A DNA stretch of 64,000 bases from Microcoleus sp. (GTDB taxonomy: Bacteria; Cyanobacteriota; Cyanobacteriia; Cyanobacteriales; Microcoleaceae). This document shows, in pieces, positions 8,883 to 19,347 of this stretch. The stretch lies in contig CP181291.1 in the NCBI GenBank assembly GCA_052279835.1, forward strand, positions 3,136,001 through 3,200,000. The letters run 5' to 3'. Made by a program: the position numbers and the translations under genes. The notes under the pieces were generated by a model, which was given only the letters and a program-made list of their open reading frames with translations, made no database searches and had not been told where the DNA came from. Every line of letters begins with the position of its first letter. Position 1 is the first letter of the stretch.

Positions 8883-11800
8883 ATGCAGCTTAAAGACTTG
8901 CCAACTCTAGAGCGAGCTATCGATCGCCACCCCATAACTGTAGCACCTCAAACATCACTCCTCGATGTTCTGCGCTTGATGGGGCAAGTAGATGGCGAGG
9001 ATAGTTTCTGGTTCCCACAAGCAACGGTTATTGAGAGTGGCGATGAACTAGAAAGTAACCAGAGAATGTCACTTTTACACAATGGTTGCGTTTTGGTAGT
9101 GGAGGAGTCCTCCAATCATCGCACAACATCTCTGGCAGGAATTTTCACTGCTAGAGATGCTATGTGTCTGGCGGCGTCGGGTATAACTTGCCTAAGCCCG
9201 ATCAAAATCGCTGATGTGATGAGACAGCCCCAAGTGGTTTTCAAGCTGTCGGAAGCTCAAGATATTTTTACGCCATTATTGATATTTCGCCAACATCAAA
9301 TTTCCTATCTGCCGATTGTAGACGATCGCGATCGACTCTTGGGGATAGTTACTCCCGAAAGTATCCTGGAAACTCTGCAAAGCGCTAATCTCCTCAAATT
9401 AGGCACTGTCGCAGAAGTCATGAAAACTCAAATCCTGAGCGTACCCAGACATACATCGGTACTCAAAATTGCTCAGTTGATGGTACAAAATCTCGCCAGT
9501 TGGGCGCTAATTACCGACAATCTCAGAGAGGGAGTAGAGTACGAAGTAGCAGAAATTTCCCGCATCATTCCCACAGGTATCGTCACAGAACATAAGATTT
9601 TACAAGCACAAGCTCTCGGCATAGATTTAGCACAAACTCCTGCTTCAGCTATTATGAGAAGGCTGGGAACTCACCTCAACCCAGAAGATTCCCTGTGGCG
9701 TGCTTGTCAGCAAATGCAGCAAGAGCAAATGCAGCCTTTATTAGTATCTCAGTTTCGCGAAAATGTCCACGATACTCTGTTAGGAATCGTCGCCCAGGTA
9801 GACTTATTGGGTTTGTTGGAACCAGCCCAAATTTATAAAGGACTCAAACGCGCACAGCAATCTATTCGTCAACTACAAATCGAAAATACTGAATTGCTAC
9901 GCAGTCGTAATGCGGAACTAGAAACCCAGGTAGAGCAGCGTACTGCTGAACTCCAAGCAGCACTGACAAAGGTTGAACAACAAGCAAAACAAGCTGCACT
10001 CATTAACCAAATTGTTCAGGTGATGCGAGATACGATGGTTGTCGATCAAATTTTGCAGACGACGGTAGATCAGTTGCATCAATCCCTGAATGTCAGTCGC
10101 TGCGTAATTTTGGAAGAAAACAGCCACCGAGAAACTTCCATTACCTACTTTAGTGAAGCTACCCCAGAAGCAGAACAATTACTGGGAATGCACTGTCCGA
10201 TATTGAACCGCTACAAACAGCAATTAATTCACGGCCATCAAGTTCTATTTAACAAAATTGACGACTCTTTAACCCCAGAGTTGCAAGCAGTTGCCCGTCA
10301 GTTTAGTGTTCGTGCTCTGTTGATTACACCCCTAGTATATCAACAACAGTTCTTGGGTGCGATTTGCCTGCACCAGTGCGATCGCGAACGGGAATGGACT
10401 GATTCCGAATTGGAATTTGTCAAGACGATTTCTACTCATTGTGCCATCGCCATTCATCAAGCCAAACTTTATCAACAACTACAAACGGAACTTGCCGAAC
10501 GAGAGCGCGCCGAAGCAGCCCTGCAAACACAAAAAGAATTTCTGCGGAATGTCATCGACACCAGCCCCCACGCCATTTTTGTTAAAGATTGTAATGGAAC
10601 ATATGTTTTAGTCAATCAATCTCTTGCCGAACTCTTAGGTACAACAGTAGAAAATTTGACTGGCAAAAAAGATGCCGAATTTATTGACGATCCTGCACAA
10701 GTTGAGAAATTTTTGGCTGATGTTCGAGAAATTACCAGCACGTTACAGCCCAAATTTTTTTTAGAAGAAACCGTTACCACGCCTACGGGAGAAATTCGGT
10801 ACTTTCAAATAGTCAAAAAACCTCTGTTATCTGCCGATGGTACCAGTTGTCAAATCCTTGGTGTCGCTACGGATATTACCGATCGCAAATTCGCCGAACA
10901 AGCCCTACGGGAGAGCGAACAACTCTTCCGCTTAATGGCAGATACAGCCCCAGTATTTATCTGGATGTCAGGTACTGATAGTCTGCGGAATTTTTTTAAT
11001 CAAGGCTGGTTAGATTTTACAGGTAAAACTTTAGAAGAACAACTAGATAACGGTTGGACAGCAGCAGTCCATCCCGATGATTTGCACCAGTGTTTAGATA
11101 TCTATCTATCCTCTTTTAACACCCGTCAAAAATTCCTGATGGAATACCGTCTCAGGAATGTTGATGGGGAGTTTCGTTGGATTTTAGATAGAGGCGTGCC
11201 TCGGTTTACGCCCAGTGGCGATTTTGCAGGTTACATTGGCTCCTGTGTTGATATCACCGAGCGTAAAGTTGCTGAGGAGTCCCTGCAACAAGCCAAAGAG
11301 CAATTACAAGCGGTATTGGATGCCGTACCTGGATTTATTTCTTGGATTGATGCTGATGGGAAATACCTTGGTGTTAACCGACATCTGGCTGACAGCTTTA
11401 ACTTGAGGGCCAAGGATTTTATTGGCAAAGAACTTGGTTTTATGCAAAATAGCCCCGTGTTTACAGAATTTATGATTCAGTTTATTCGTAGTTCTGATGT
11501 GGAGGCTTCCCAAGTTATTGAATCACAAATTGATGGTCGAGCGCGACATTACTTACTCGCCGCTCACAAATATCAACAAGAAACGGCGGTGGTGTGCGTC
11601 GGGATTGATATTACAGAACGCAAACAAGCAGAAGAATCTCTACGGGAGAGCCAGATCAAATTGAGCGCTATCTTCAATAATACATTTCAGTTTACGGGCT
11701 TGTTGCAATTAGATGGTACTCTGGTGGAACCCAACCAGACGGTACTAGATTTCGGTGGCTTGCAGTTAGCTGATGTGGTTGGAATTCCCTTGTGGGAAAC

Positions 11801-14800
11801 TAGCTGGTGGACAATTTCCACCGCGACTCAAGAACGTTTAAAAAGCGCGATCGCCTACGCTGCATCTGGTAACTTTATCCGTTATGAAGCTGATGTTTTG
11901 GGTGTTGGTAATACCATAGCCACTGTGGACTTCTCCATCAAGCCAATGAAAGATGAGGCCGGAGAAGTGGTAATGCTGATTGCTGAAGGTCGCGATATTA
12001 CTGAATTAAAGCAGGCGCAGAACGATCGCGATCGCTTTTTCAATAATTCGATGGATCTAATGGCGATCGCCGAATTCAACGGTTGTTTTAAGCTAGTCAA
12101 CCCAGCTTGCACAGAAATCCTTGGTTATACCAAAGACGAATTAGAAGGCAAAAGTTTTCTTGAATTCATTCACCCCGATGACTTACAAACAGTCTACAAT
12201 GTATGGGTTCAAGAAAAAAACACTGGTCATGCAGTCCGAGATTTAGAAATTCGCTATCGTTGTTTGAACGGTAATTACAAGTGGCTCTCTTGGAACTGCA
12301 TTCCTTTCCCAGAAGAAGGTATCAGCTATGGCTTTGCTCGCGATATTACTGCTCGCAAAGCTGCTGAAAAAGCCTGGGAACTACTCAATGAAGAGCTGGA
12401 AAACAAAGTCGAGGAACGTACAGCTCAGTTAAGGACAGCCAACCAGCAATTACACCAAGAAATTAGGGAGCGCCAGCAATTTGAGGCAGCCTTGAGAGCC
12501 AGTCAAGAGCAGCTACAAGCCATTCTTGATAACTCCCCAGCGGTGATTTATGTAGTAGACATTCAAAACAGATATATTCTGGTTAATCACAAATTTGAAA
12601 ACTTGTTTGGAGTTACCACACAACAACTGATTGGTCAAAGCATTTACACTCGATTTCCCGAAAAAATAGCCGATTATTTTGCTTCCAAAAATCGCTTAGT
12701 AGTTGAAAGCGGACAACCCATAAAAAGCGAAGAAACTATACCTTTGCAGGATGGAATCCACACTTATATTACCATCAAATTTCCGCTCAAAGATGCCCAG
12801 GGAGTTACCTATGCCGTTTGCGGTATTTCTACAGACATTACCGATCGCCAAATTGCAGAAGAAACCCTGCGACGACAATTAGCTGCTGTAGAAGCCGCAA
12901 CAGATGGGATTGCAATTCTGAATGCCCAAGGTGAATACATCTACTTGAACGCTTCCCACAACCAAATATTTGGATACGACAGCAGCAGTAGCCTGCTAGG
13001 TAAAACTTGGCGCGAACTCTACTCTCAAGAAGAAATTGAACGATTCGACAGTGAAATATTTCCCCTATTTTGGCAAGCAGGAAAATGGCAAGGAGAAGCA
13101 AATGCTAAAAAACGGGATGGTACAAAAATTGCCCAGGAAATTTCTCTGACATTAATTGAAGAAGGAGGAATTATTTGTGTTTGCCGCGATATTAGCCAAC
13201 GCAAAGTTGCTGAAGAAACCTCAAGAATTAGAGACCGGGCGATTACTGCTAGTAGCAATGGTATTATTATCTCCGATGCGAGGCTCCCTGATACTCCATT
13301 AATCTACGTAAACCCCGCTTTTGAGCGCATAACTGGTTATTCTGCTGTCGAAGCGATCGGACGTAACTGCCGTTTTCTGCAAGGAACAGAAACCAACCAA
13401 CCGGAGTTAGATCAACTACGTACTGCTATCAAAGAACAGAAAAATTGTGTAGTTATTTTACGAAATTATCGCAAAGATGGTACTATGTTCTGGAATGAGT
13501 TAAGCATTTCTCCCATTTACGATGCCCAGGAAAATCTCACTCATTACATAGGTATTCAAACAGATATCACCGATCGCAAACTTGCCGAAAAAGCCCTGTG
13601 GGCGACCCAAGATAGATTAAAATACTTACTTTCTTGCAGTCCAGCGGTCATCTACAGTACCAAATCTGTGGGAGATTACTGCCCTACCTTTATTAGCGAA
13701 AATATCACCTCACTTGTGGGCTATGAAGCGCGAGAATTCCTAGCAGATTCTAGTTTCTGGAACCGTCACATTCACCCAGAAGATGCCCCCCGCGTCTCGG
13801 TAAATCTACAATCACTAATCGAGCAAGGTTCCAACATTCAGGAATACCGCTTTCTCCACCAAGATGGTACTTACCGCTGGCTATACAATCAAACCAAGCT
13901 AGTACGAGACGTGGAGGGTAAGCCACGGGAAATAGTTGGTTATTTAGCAGATATTAGCGATCGCAAACAAGCAGAGTCAGAGCGATCGCGCTTGGTAGCA
14001 ATTCTAGAAGCCAGCACCGACTTTGTAGGTATGTCCGATATTAAAGGCAACGTACTCTGGAACAACAACCAGATGAAACAACTCATGGGAATTCCCACAA
14101 ATCAGGAACTCTTGCAGTCTGATATTCCCCAATATCACCCCCAATGGGCACTGGAAATTATCCAAAATCAAGGCCTCCCCTCTGCTACTCGCAACGGAGT
14201 TTGGGTTGGTGAAACAGCTTTATTAAGAAAGGATGGGACGGAAATGCCCGTTTCCCAAATGATCATCGCCCACAAGTCATCCACAGATACTGTAGAGTTT
14301 TATTCCACCTTGATGCGCGATATCACAGCCCTCAAGCAAGCTGAGACAGCATTGCAACAAGCTAAAGATCAATTGCAAGCTGTATTAGATGCCGTACCTG
14401 GTTCAGTTTCTTGGATTGGTTCCGATCTACGATACCTTGGGGTTAACCAACACCTTGCTGCTACTTTTAACCTGGGTCCAGATGCTTTTGTTGGTCAAGA
14501 TATTGGCTTTCTCAAAAACAGTGCTAACTTTGCTGAATTTATGCGTAAATTTATGATTTTACCAGGGACCGCCACCAGTCAAATCATTGATTTAAAAATT
14601 GACGATTCTACCCGCAATTACTTGGTAGTCGCCCAGAAATATCAGCAAGGAGCAGCCGCAGTTTCCGTGGGAATTGATATTACAGATCGCAAACAAGCCG
14701 AAAGCAAACTCCTAGCATCACTTAAAGATAAAGAAGTCTTGCTTAAAGAAATTCATCATCGAGTCAAAAACAACTTGCAGATAATTTCTAGTCTCCTAAA

Positions 14801-15344
14801 ATTGCAATCGGGGTATATCAAAGATCGAGAAGCATTAACTATGTTTATTGACAGCTACAATCGGGTCCGATCGATGGCACTGATTCACGAAAAGCTCTAT
14901 CAATCTCAAACTTTGGCAAAGATTGATGCTGCGGACTACATCCGCAATTTAACCGCTAATTTATTCCAGTCTTATACAGTAACAGACACCCAAATTCAAT
15001 TGCAGGTAGAAATAGATCGAATAGAATTAGATATTGATACGGCTATTCCTTGTGGTCTCATCGTCAATGAACTTGTGTCTAATTGTTTAAAGTATGCTTT
15101 TTTGGGTAAAAAAAATGGCTATATTCACATTAAATTTGTCTATCATCACTCCCCTGAATTCCTCCTAATGGTGAGGGACGATGGAGTAGGATTACCACCG
15201 GATTTTGACATTGAACAAAACGAATCTTTGGGTCTACAACTGGTTTATAACTTGTCTGAACAACTGGGGGGGGAATTAGAAATATCTACTGAAGGTGGGA
15301 CTTGTTTTCAGATTACTTTCGATCTGCCCAATCCCCGAAATTAA
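8883..15344 (+). CDS. multi-sensor histidine kinase: CBS domains, GAF, multiple PAS/PAC including a LOV domain, HisKA_2-type kinase and HATPase
   Basis: 2153 aa; CBS-like N-terminus, GAF (LHQCDREREW), repeated 'DITERK/DITDRK' PAC ends, LOV motif 'GRNCRFLQG', H-box 'KEIHHRVKNNLQ', N-box 'NELVSNCLKYAF', 'DDGVG', 'SLGLQLV'. Confidence 0.93.
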   Translation: MQLKDLPTLERAIDRHPITVAPQTSLLDVLRLMGQVDGEDSFWFPQATVIESGDELESNQRMSLLHNGCVLVVEESSNHRTTSLAGIFTARDAMCLAASGITCLSPIKIADVMRQPQVVFKLSEAQDIFTPLLIFRQHQISYLPIVDDRDRLLGIVTPESILETLQSANLLKLGTVAEVMKTQILSVPRHTSVLKIAQLMVQNLASWALITDNLREGVEYEVAEISRIIPTGIVTEHKILQAQALGIDLAQTPASAIMRRLGTHLNPEDSLWRACQQMQQEQMQPLLVSQFRENVHDTLLGIVAQVDLLGLLEPAQIYKGLKRAQQSIRQLQIENTELLRSRNAELETQVEQRTAELQAALTKVEQQAKQAALINQIVQVMRDTMVVDQILQTTVDQLHQSLNVSRCVILEENSHRETSITYFSEATPEAEQLLGMHCPILNRYKQQLIHGHQVLFNKIDDSLTPELQAVARQFSVRALLITPLVYQQQFLGAICLHQCDREREWTDSELEFVKTISTHCAIAIHQAKLYQQLQTELAERERAEAALQTQKEFLRNVIDTSPHAIFVKDCNGTYVLVNQSLAELLGTTVENLTGKKDAEFIDDPAQVEKFLADVREITSTLQPKFFLEETVTTPTGEIRYFQIVKKPLLSADGTSCQILGVATDITDRKFAEQALRESEQLFRLMADTAPVFIWMSGTDSLRNFFNQGWLDFTGKTLEEQLDNGWTAAVHPDDLHQCLDIYLSSFNTRQKFLMEYRLRNVDGEFRWILDRGVPRFTPSGDFAGYIGSCVDITERKVAEESLQQAKEQLQAVLDAVPGFISWIDADGKYLGVNRHLADSFNLRAKDFIGKELGFMQNSPVFTEFMIQFIRSSDVEASQVIESQIDGRARHYLLAAHKYQQETAVVCVGIDITERKQAEESLRESQIKLSAIFNNTFQFTGLLQLDGTLVEPNQTVLDFGGLQLADVVGIPLWETSWWTISTATQERLKSAIAYAASGNFIRYEADVLGVGNTIATVDFSIKPMKDEAGEVVMLIAEGRDITELKQAQNDRDRFFNNSMDLMAIAEFNGCFKLVNPACTEILGYTKDELEGKSFLEFIHPDDLQTVYNVWVQEKNTGHAVRDLEIRYRCLNGNYKWLSWNCIPFPEEGISYGFARDITARKAAEKAWELLNEELENKVEERTAQLRTANQQLHQEIRERQQFEAALRASQEQLQAILDNSPAVIYVVDIQNRYILVNHKFENLFGVTTQQLIGQSIYTRFPEKIADYFASKNRLVVESGQPIKSEETIPLQDGIHTYITIKFPLKDAQGVTYAVCGISTDITDRQIAEETLRRQLAAVEAATDGIAILNAQGEYIYLNASHNQIFGYDSSSSLLGKTWRELYSQEEIERFDSEIFPLFWQAGKWQGEANAKKRDGTKIAQEISLTLIEEGGIICVCRDISQRKVAEETSRIRDRAITASSNGIIISDARLPDTPLIYVNPAFERITGYSAVEAIGRNCRFLQGTETNQPELDQLRTAIKEQKNCVVILRNYRKDGTMFWNELSISPIYDAQENLTHYIGIQTDITDRKLAEKALWATQDRLKYLLSCSPAVIYSTKSVGDYCPTFISENITSLVGYEAREFLADSSFWNRHIHPEDAPRVSVNLQSLIEQGSNIQEYRFLHQDGTYRWLYNQTKLVRDVEGKPREIVGYLADISDRKQAESERSRLVAILEASTDFVGMSDIKGNVLWNNNQMKQLMGIPTNQELLQSDIPQYHPQWALEIIQNQGLPSATRNGVWVGETALLRKDGTEMPVSQMIIAHKSSTDTVEFYSTLMRDITALKQAETALQQAKDQLQAVLDAVPGSVSWIGSDLRYLGVNQHLAATFNLGPDAFVGQDIGFLKNSANFAEFMRKFMILPGTATSQIIDLKIDDSTRNYLVVAQKYQQGAAAVSVGIDITDRKQAESKLLASLKDKEVLLKEIHHRVKNNLQIISSLLKLQSGYIKDREALTMFIDSYNRVRSMALIHEKLYQSQTLAKIDAADYIRNLTANLFQSYTVTDTQIQLQVEIDRIELDIDTAIPCGLIVNELVSNCLKYAFLGKKNGYIHIKFVYHHSPEFLLMVRDDGVGLPPDFDIEQNESLGLQLVYNLSEQLGGELEISTEGGTCFQITFDLPNPRN

Positions 15345-15426
15345 AACATTCTAAGTTTTAACTAATGACATTTTAAATTAAATGTAATCGTCAATATCTA
15401 TTTCAAAAATAGCTGAACATAATCCT

Positions 15427-18400
15427 ATGATCGATCGTGCCAATCAAAAAAATCCCAGTTTAGATTCGTCGCTGTGGCAAAAAAAACTAATCAAACTATT
15501 TGCTAGGATTCACCAAACAACTCAGTGGGTATTTACTGTGCGAGTGCTACCCATGATAGTGGCGGTGAGTATTTGTGCGATGACTGTGGTTCTGTGGCAA
15601 ACTCTACTGACAAACGATCGCCACTCTATTGAGAAAGCAATTAACTTAGAAGCAACCAATACCAAAATCCTGATCGCCCACGAGGTACAAGAGCAAATAT
15701 CCGGGCTAGTTAACATGGCTAAGCAGTGGGAAAAATCAGGAAAGCCATCCAAAGAAATATGGGAAGCTCAAGCAGCCTTTTATCTTGAGAGCTGCAAAAG
15801 TTGCCAAGCCATACAATGGGTAGACCCCTCCTTCAACGTATCCTGGAGTTTACCAGTTGTAGGCGATCGCACCGAGCAAAACTTCAACTTGGAACTCAAG
15901 CAGCAGATAGCACAAGCAATTGCCACTAAAGAACGGAAAGTAATAGTCAGCCATAGCATTAATCTCAAGCAGGGGGGCAAGGGATTTTTGGTATACGTTC
16001 CGATTGTCAGGAAAGACAATTTTGCAGGTTTTATTGTTGGTATTTTTAGATTTAAGGAATTATTTGATATTTTATTTGACTCATTAAAATTAAGTTCAGA
16101 AGTTACTTACGCGCTGTCAATTTATGATAGAAGTGAAACAATTTATAGCTCTATAACCGAGCGAAATTTAGCAGCGAATAGCTGGTCAAAAACCACCAAA
16201 ATACAACTCTATAACATAGCATGGCAAATCCAGGTTTTTCCGCTTCAAAACTCCCTAGTTCAAAAACAATCTCCTCTTCCAGAAGTCCTATTAGTTGTGG
16301 GATTTTTGATGGCTGGGCTGCTAGCATGGACAGTTTATCTAACTCAACTTTCGCGACGGCGCGCACAGACATTTGAGACGGTGAATCAGAGACTAGGAAA
16401 AGAAATTTCTCAGCGTCAGCGGGTAGAAGAAAGACTAAAAGAAACCACTCGCTTGCAGCGGGCAATTTTGGACAGCGCCAACTACACAATCATTTCTACA
16501 GATGTCAACGGCACTATTCTGACTTTCAATCCAACTGCCGAACGATTGTTGCGATATAATGCTTCTGAAGTAGTTGGAGAAACCACCCCTCTGCTCTTCC
16601 ACAACTTTAAGGAAATATCCCAGCACGCTGAAGATTTGTCGCAAGAATTGGGAGTGATAATTGAGCCTGGATTTGAAGTTTTTGTCACGCGCTCGCTCCT
16701 GGGAAAAGTTGAGGAGAGTGAATGGACTTACATCACCAAAAATATTACAGATACAGCCCAAATTAGCATACCCTCAGATATTACTAATTTCTTAGAAAAT
16801 GACAACCGTTCCTATTTTCCTGTGCTGCTGTCCGTGACAGCTTTGCGCGACTTAGAAGCTAATATTACCGGATTTTTGTTTATCGGCAGTGACATTACTC
16901 AGAGAAAGCAAGCCGAGGCATCCTTGCAGCGCCAACGCGAGTTGTTAGAAGTCACCCTTGCTAGTATCGGTGATGCTGTGATTGCTACTGACAAACTAGC
17001 TAATATTACCTTCATCAATCCTTGGGCAGAAGTGCTGACGGGATGGTCGGCACAGGAAGCTTTAGGACGACAAATTGACCAAGTATTTTGCATGATTGAC
17101 GAGCGATCGCGACAAGAAGTCCAAAGTCCTGTCCAACAGGTACTGCAAACCAAAGTTGCCTTTGAATTAAGCGATCGCACTCTTTTGCGACCCCGATCTG
17201 GTCAAGAAATACCGATCGACCAAAACTGCACCCCCATTTTCCGCAATACCGGCTCACTTTACGGAGCAGTATTAGTATTTCGCAATACCACCGTCCGACG
17301 ACAAGCAGAAAATGCCCTGCGAGAAGCAGAAGCCAAATATCGCAACATCTTTGAAAACGCTGTAGAAGGAATTTTTCAAACCACCCTCGACGGTAAATTC
17401 ATCAATGTCAATCCCGCCCTAGTCGCCATCTATGGCTATGAATCAGCAGCCGATTTGATGGAAAATATTACTAATATTAAAACACAAGTTTATGTCGAAC
17501 CCAACCGTCGCGACGAATTTGTAAGCTTGATGCAGCAGCACGATGCTTTGTTCCGGTTTGAGTCGCAAATTTATCGTCAAGACGGCAAGAAAATCTGGAT
17601 TTCAGAAAATGCTCGCATCGTCCGCGACTCCGAGGGTCAACCGCTTTATTATGAAGGCAGTGTGGAAGATATCAGCCAGCGCAAACAAGTCGAAGCAGCA
17701 TTACTAGAAAGTCAAGAACGCTGGCAGTTAGCAGTGCGCGGCAACAATGACGGTATTTGGGATTGGAATGTCAAAACCAATCAAACCTTTTTCTCGCCTC
17801 GTTGGAAACAAATGATAGGTTATGAAGACCACGAAATTGCCAATCATTTTAGCGAATGGGAAAAACGAATACATCCAGAGGATGTTCCCCGCACTATGCA
17901 AACAGTTAAAGAGCATTTTGCTCAGCAAACACCTTTTTATATCGTAGAACACCGCATTCTTTGCAAAGATGGTACATACAAATGGATTTTGGCCAGAGGT
18001 CAGGCGATTTGGGATGAAGCAGGAAACCCCGTGCGAATGACCGGTTCCCATACAGATATCACTCTCGCCAAGCAAGCTGAGTCAGCCCTCAAAGAAAGTG
18101 AAGAATGGTTCCGCAATTTAGTCGAAACTAGCAGCGATTGGGTTTGGGAAGTAGATGCCAACGACTTCTATACTTATGCCAGTCCCAAAGTACGCGAGCT
18201 CTTAGGTTATGAACCTGAAGAATTGGTAGGCAAAACTCCCTTTGACTTGATGCCTCCGCAAGAATTAGCACGGGTTGCTAACTTTTTTTATGCCATTGCA
18301 GCAGCCCAACAGCCCTTTAATTGTGTGGAAAATACCAATATTCACAAAGACGGTCATTTAGTTGTACTCGAAAGCAGTGGCGTTCCCATCTTCAATGCCG

Positions 18401-19116
18401 ATGGCAGCTTTCGGGGTTATCGTGGCATGGATCGAAATATTACCGATCGCAAACGGTCAGATTTCCAACTCAGAGCCTCCCTGAAAGAGAAAGAAGTGCT
18501 CCTGAAAGAAATTCACCACCGAGTTAAAAACAACTTGCAAGTGATTTCCAGCCTGCTGAAACTGCAAGCCGGATATATCGACGATGAAAACGTGCAAAGC
18601 CTGTTTACAGAAAGTTACAATCGTGTCCGTTCCATGGCACTGATTCACGAAAAACTCTATCAAACCTCTAATTTAGCCAAAATTGATGCTGGTGACTATA
18701 TTCGCAACTTAGTAGATAATTTATTTCGTTCCTACAACATTTCTACACAAAAAATTGACTTGTGCTTAAAAGTTGATAAAATTTTGCTGGATGTCGATAC
18801 GGCAGTTCCTTGTGGATTAATCATCAATGAAATAGTTTCTAATGCCCTCAAGTATGCTTTTACCAATCAAAAATCGGGAGAGATATCTATTCATTTTATC
18901 AAAAAAGACAGGGACTATCTATTGCTGTCCATCAAAGACAACGGTACGGGACTGCCTCCCGATTTTAATTTAGAAGAATCGGAATCCCTAGGTTTGCAGT
19001 TAGTTGTTAATTTAACTGAACAATTAGAAGGAACCCTCACCTATGGGAGCAATGGCGGGACTTGTTTTCAAATTTTATTTAAACCGGTAATCAGGGGTGA
19101 TAGCAAATCCTGGTAA
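15427..19116 (+). CDS. membrane-bound CHASE/Cache-like + multi-PAS HisKA_2-type histidine kinase
   Basis: 1229 aa; two hydrophobic helices flanking an extracytoplasmic domain, about five PAS/PAC modules, 'EIHHRVKNNLQ', 'NEIVSNALKYAF', 'DNGTG'. Confidence 0.92.
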   Translation: MIDRANQKNPSLDSSLWQKKLIKLFARIHQTTQWVFTVRVLPMIVAVSICAMTVVLWQTLLTNDRHSIEKAINLEATNTKILIAHEVQEQISGLVNMAKQWEKSGKPSKEIWEAQAAFYLESCKSCQAIQWVDPSFNVSWSLPVVGDRTEQNFNLELKQQIAQAIATKERKVIVSHSINLKQGGKGFLVYVPIVRKDNFAGFIVGIFRFKELFDILFDSLKLSSEVTYALSIYDRSETIYSSITERNLAANSWSKTTKIQLYNIAWQIQVFPLQNSLVQKQSPLPEVLLVVGFLMAGLLAWTVYLTQLSRRRAQTFETVNQRLGKEISQRQRVEERLKETTRLQRAILDSANYTIISTDVNGTILTFNPTAERLLRYNASEVVGETTPLLFHNFKEISQHAEDLSQELGVIIEPGFEVFVTRSLLGKVEESEWTYITKNITDTAQISIPSDITNFLENDNRSYFPVLLSVTALRDLEANITGFLFIGSDITQRKQAEASLQRQRELLEVTLASIGDAVIATDKLANITFINPWAEVLTGWSAQEALGRQIDQVFCMIDERSRQEVQSPVQQVLQTKVAFELSDRTLLRPRSGQEIPIDQNCTPIFRNTGSLYGAVLVFRNTTVRRQAENALREAEAKYRNIFENAVEGIFQTTLDGKFINVNPALVAIYGYESAADLMENITNIKTQVYVEPNRRDEFVSLMQQHDALFRFESQIYRQDGKKIWISENARIVRDSEGQPLYYEGSVEDISQRKQVEAALLESQERWQLAVRGNNDGIWDWNVKTNQTFFSPRWKQMIGYEDHEIANHFSEWEKRIHPEDVPRTMQTVKEHFAQQTPFYIVEHRILCKDGTYKWILARGQAIWDEAGNPVRMTGSHTDITLAKQAESALKESEEWFRNLVETSSDWVWEVDANDFYTYASPKVRELLGYEPEELVGKTPFDLMPPQELARVANFFYAIAAAQQPFNCVENTNIHKDGHLVVLESSGVPIFNADGSFRGYRGMDRNITDRKRSDFQLRASLKEKEVLLKEIHHRVKNNLQVISSLLKLQAGYIDDENVQSLFTESYNRVRSMALIHEKLYQTSNLAKIDAGDYIRNLVDNLFRSYNISTQKIDLCLKVDKILLDVDTAVPCGLIINEIVSNALKYAFTNQKSGEISIHFIKKDRDYLLLSIKDNGTGLPPDFNLEESESLGLQLVVNLTEQLEGTLTYGSNGGTCFQILFKPVIRGDSKSW

Positions 19117-19347
19117 CAAACTCCTATTTATTGAGAGGGAGAGAGGGGATAAGGCCGAAATTAACCGGCTACCAAAAAGGGGGTAGTTTTCCCTGGATTT
19201 TAGCTAAGAACCATAAAAAACAAATAAAAATTAGGGGTTATATGTTAATTTAAAAAATAAGGGAATTGAGGGGAGAATAAAAATGTATAACGACAAGCTA
19301 AATTCATCTAAAAATCACTCAAGCGATAATCTAAGGGTAAAAATACA

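Noticed and set aside
9990..10480. GAF domain as a cyanobacteriochrome photoreceptor
   Set aside because: The usual bilin-binding CH/CY motif before the 'VRA/VKA' helix is absent ('LTPELQAVARQFSVRA').
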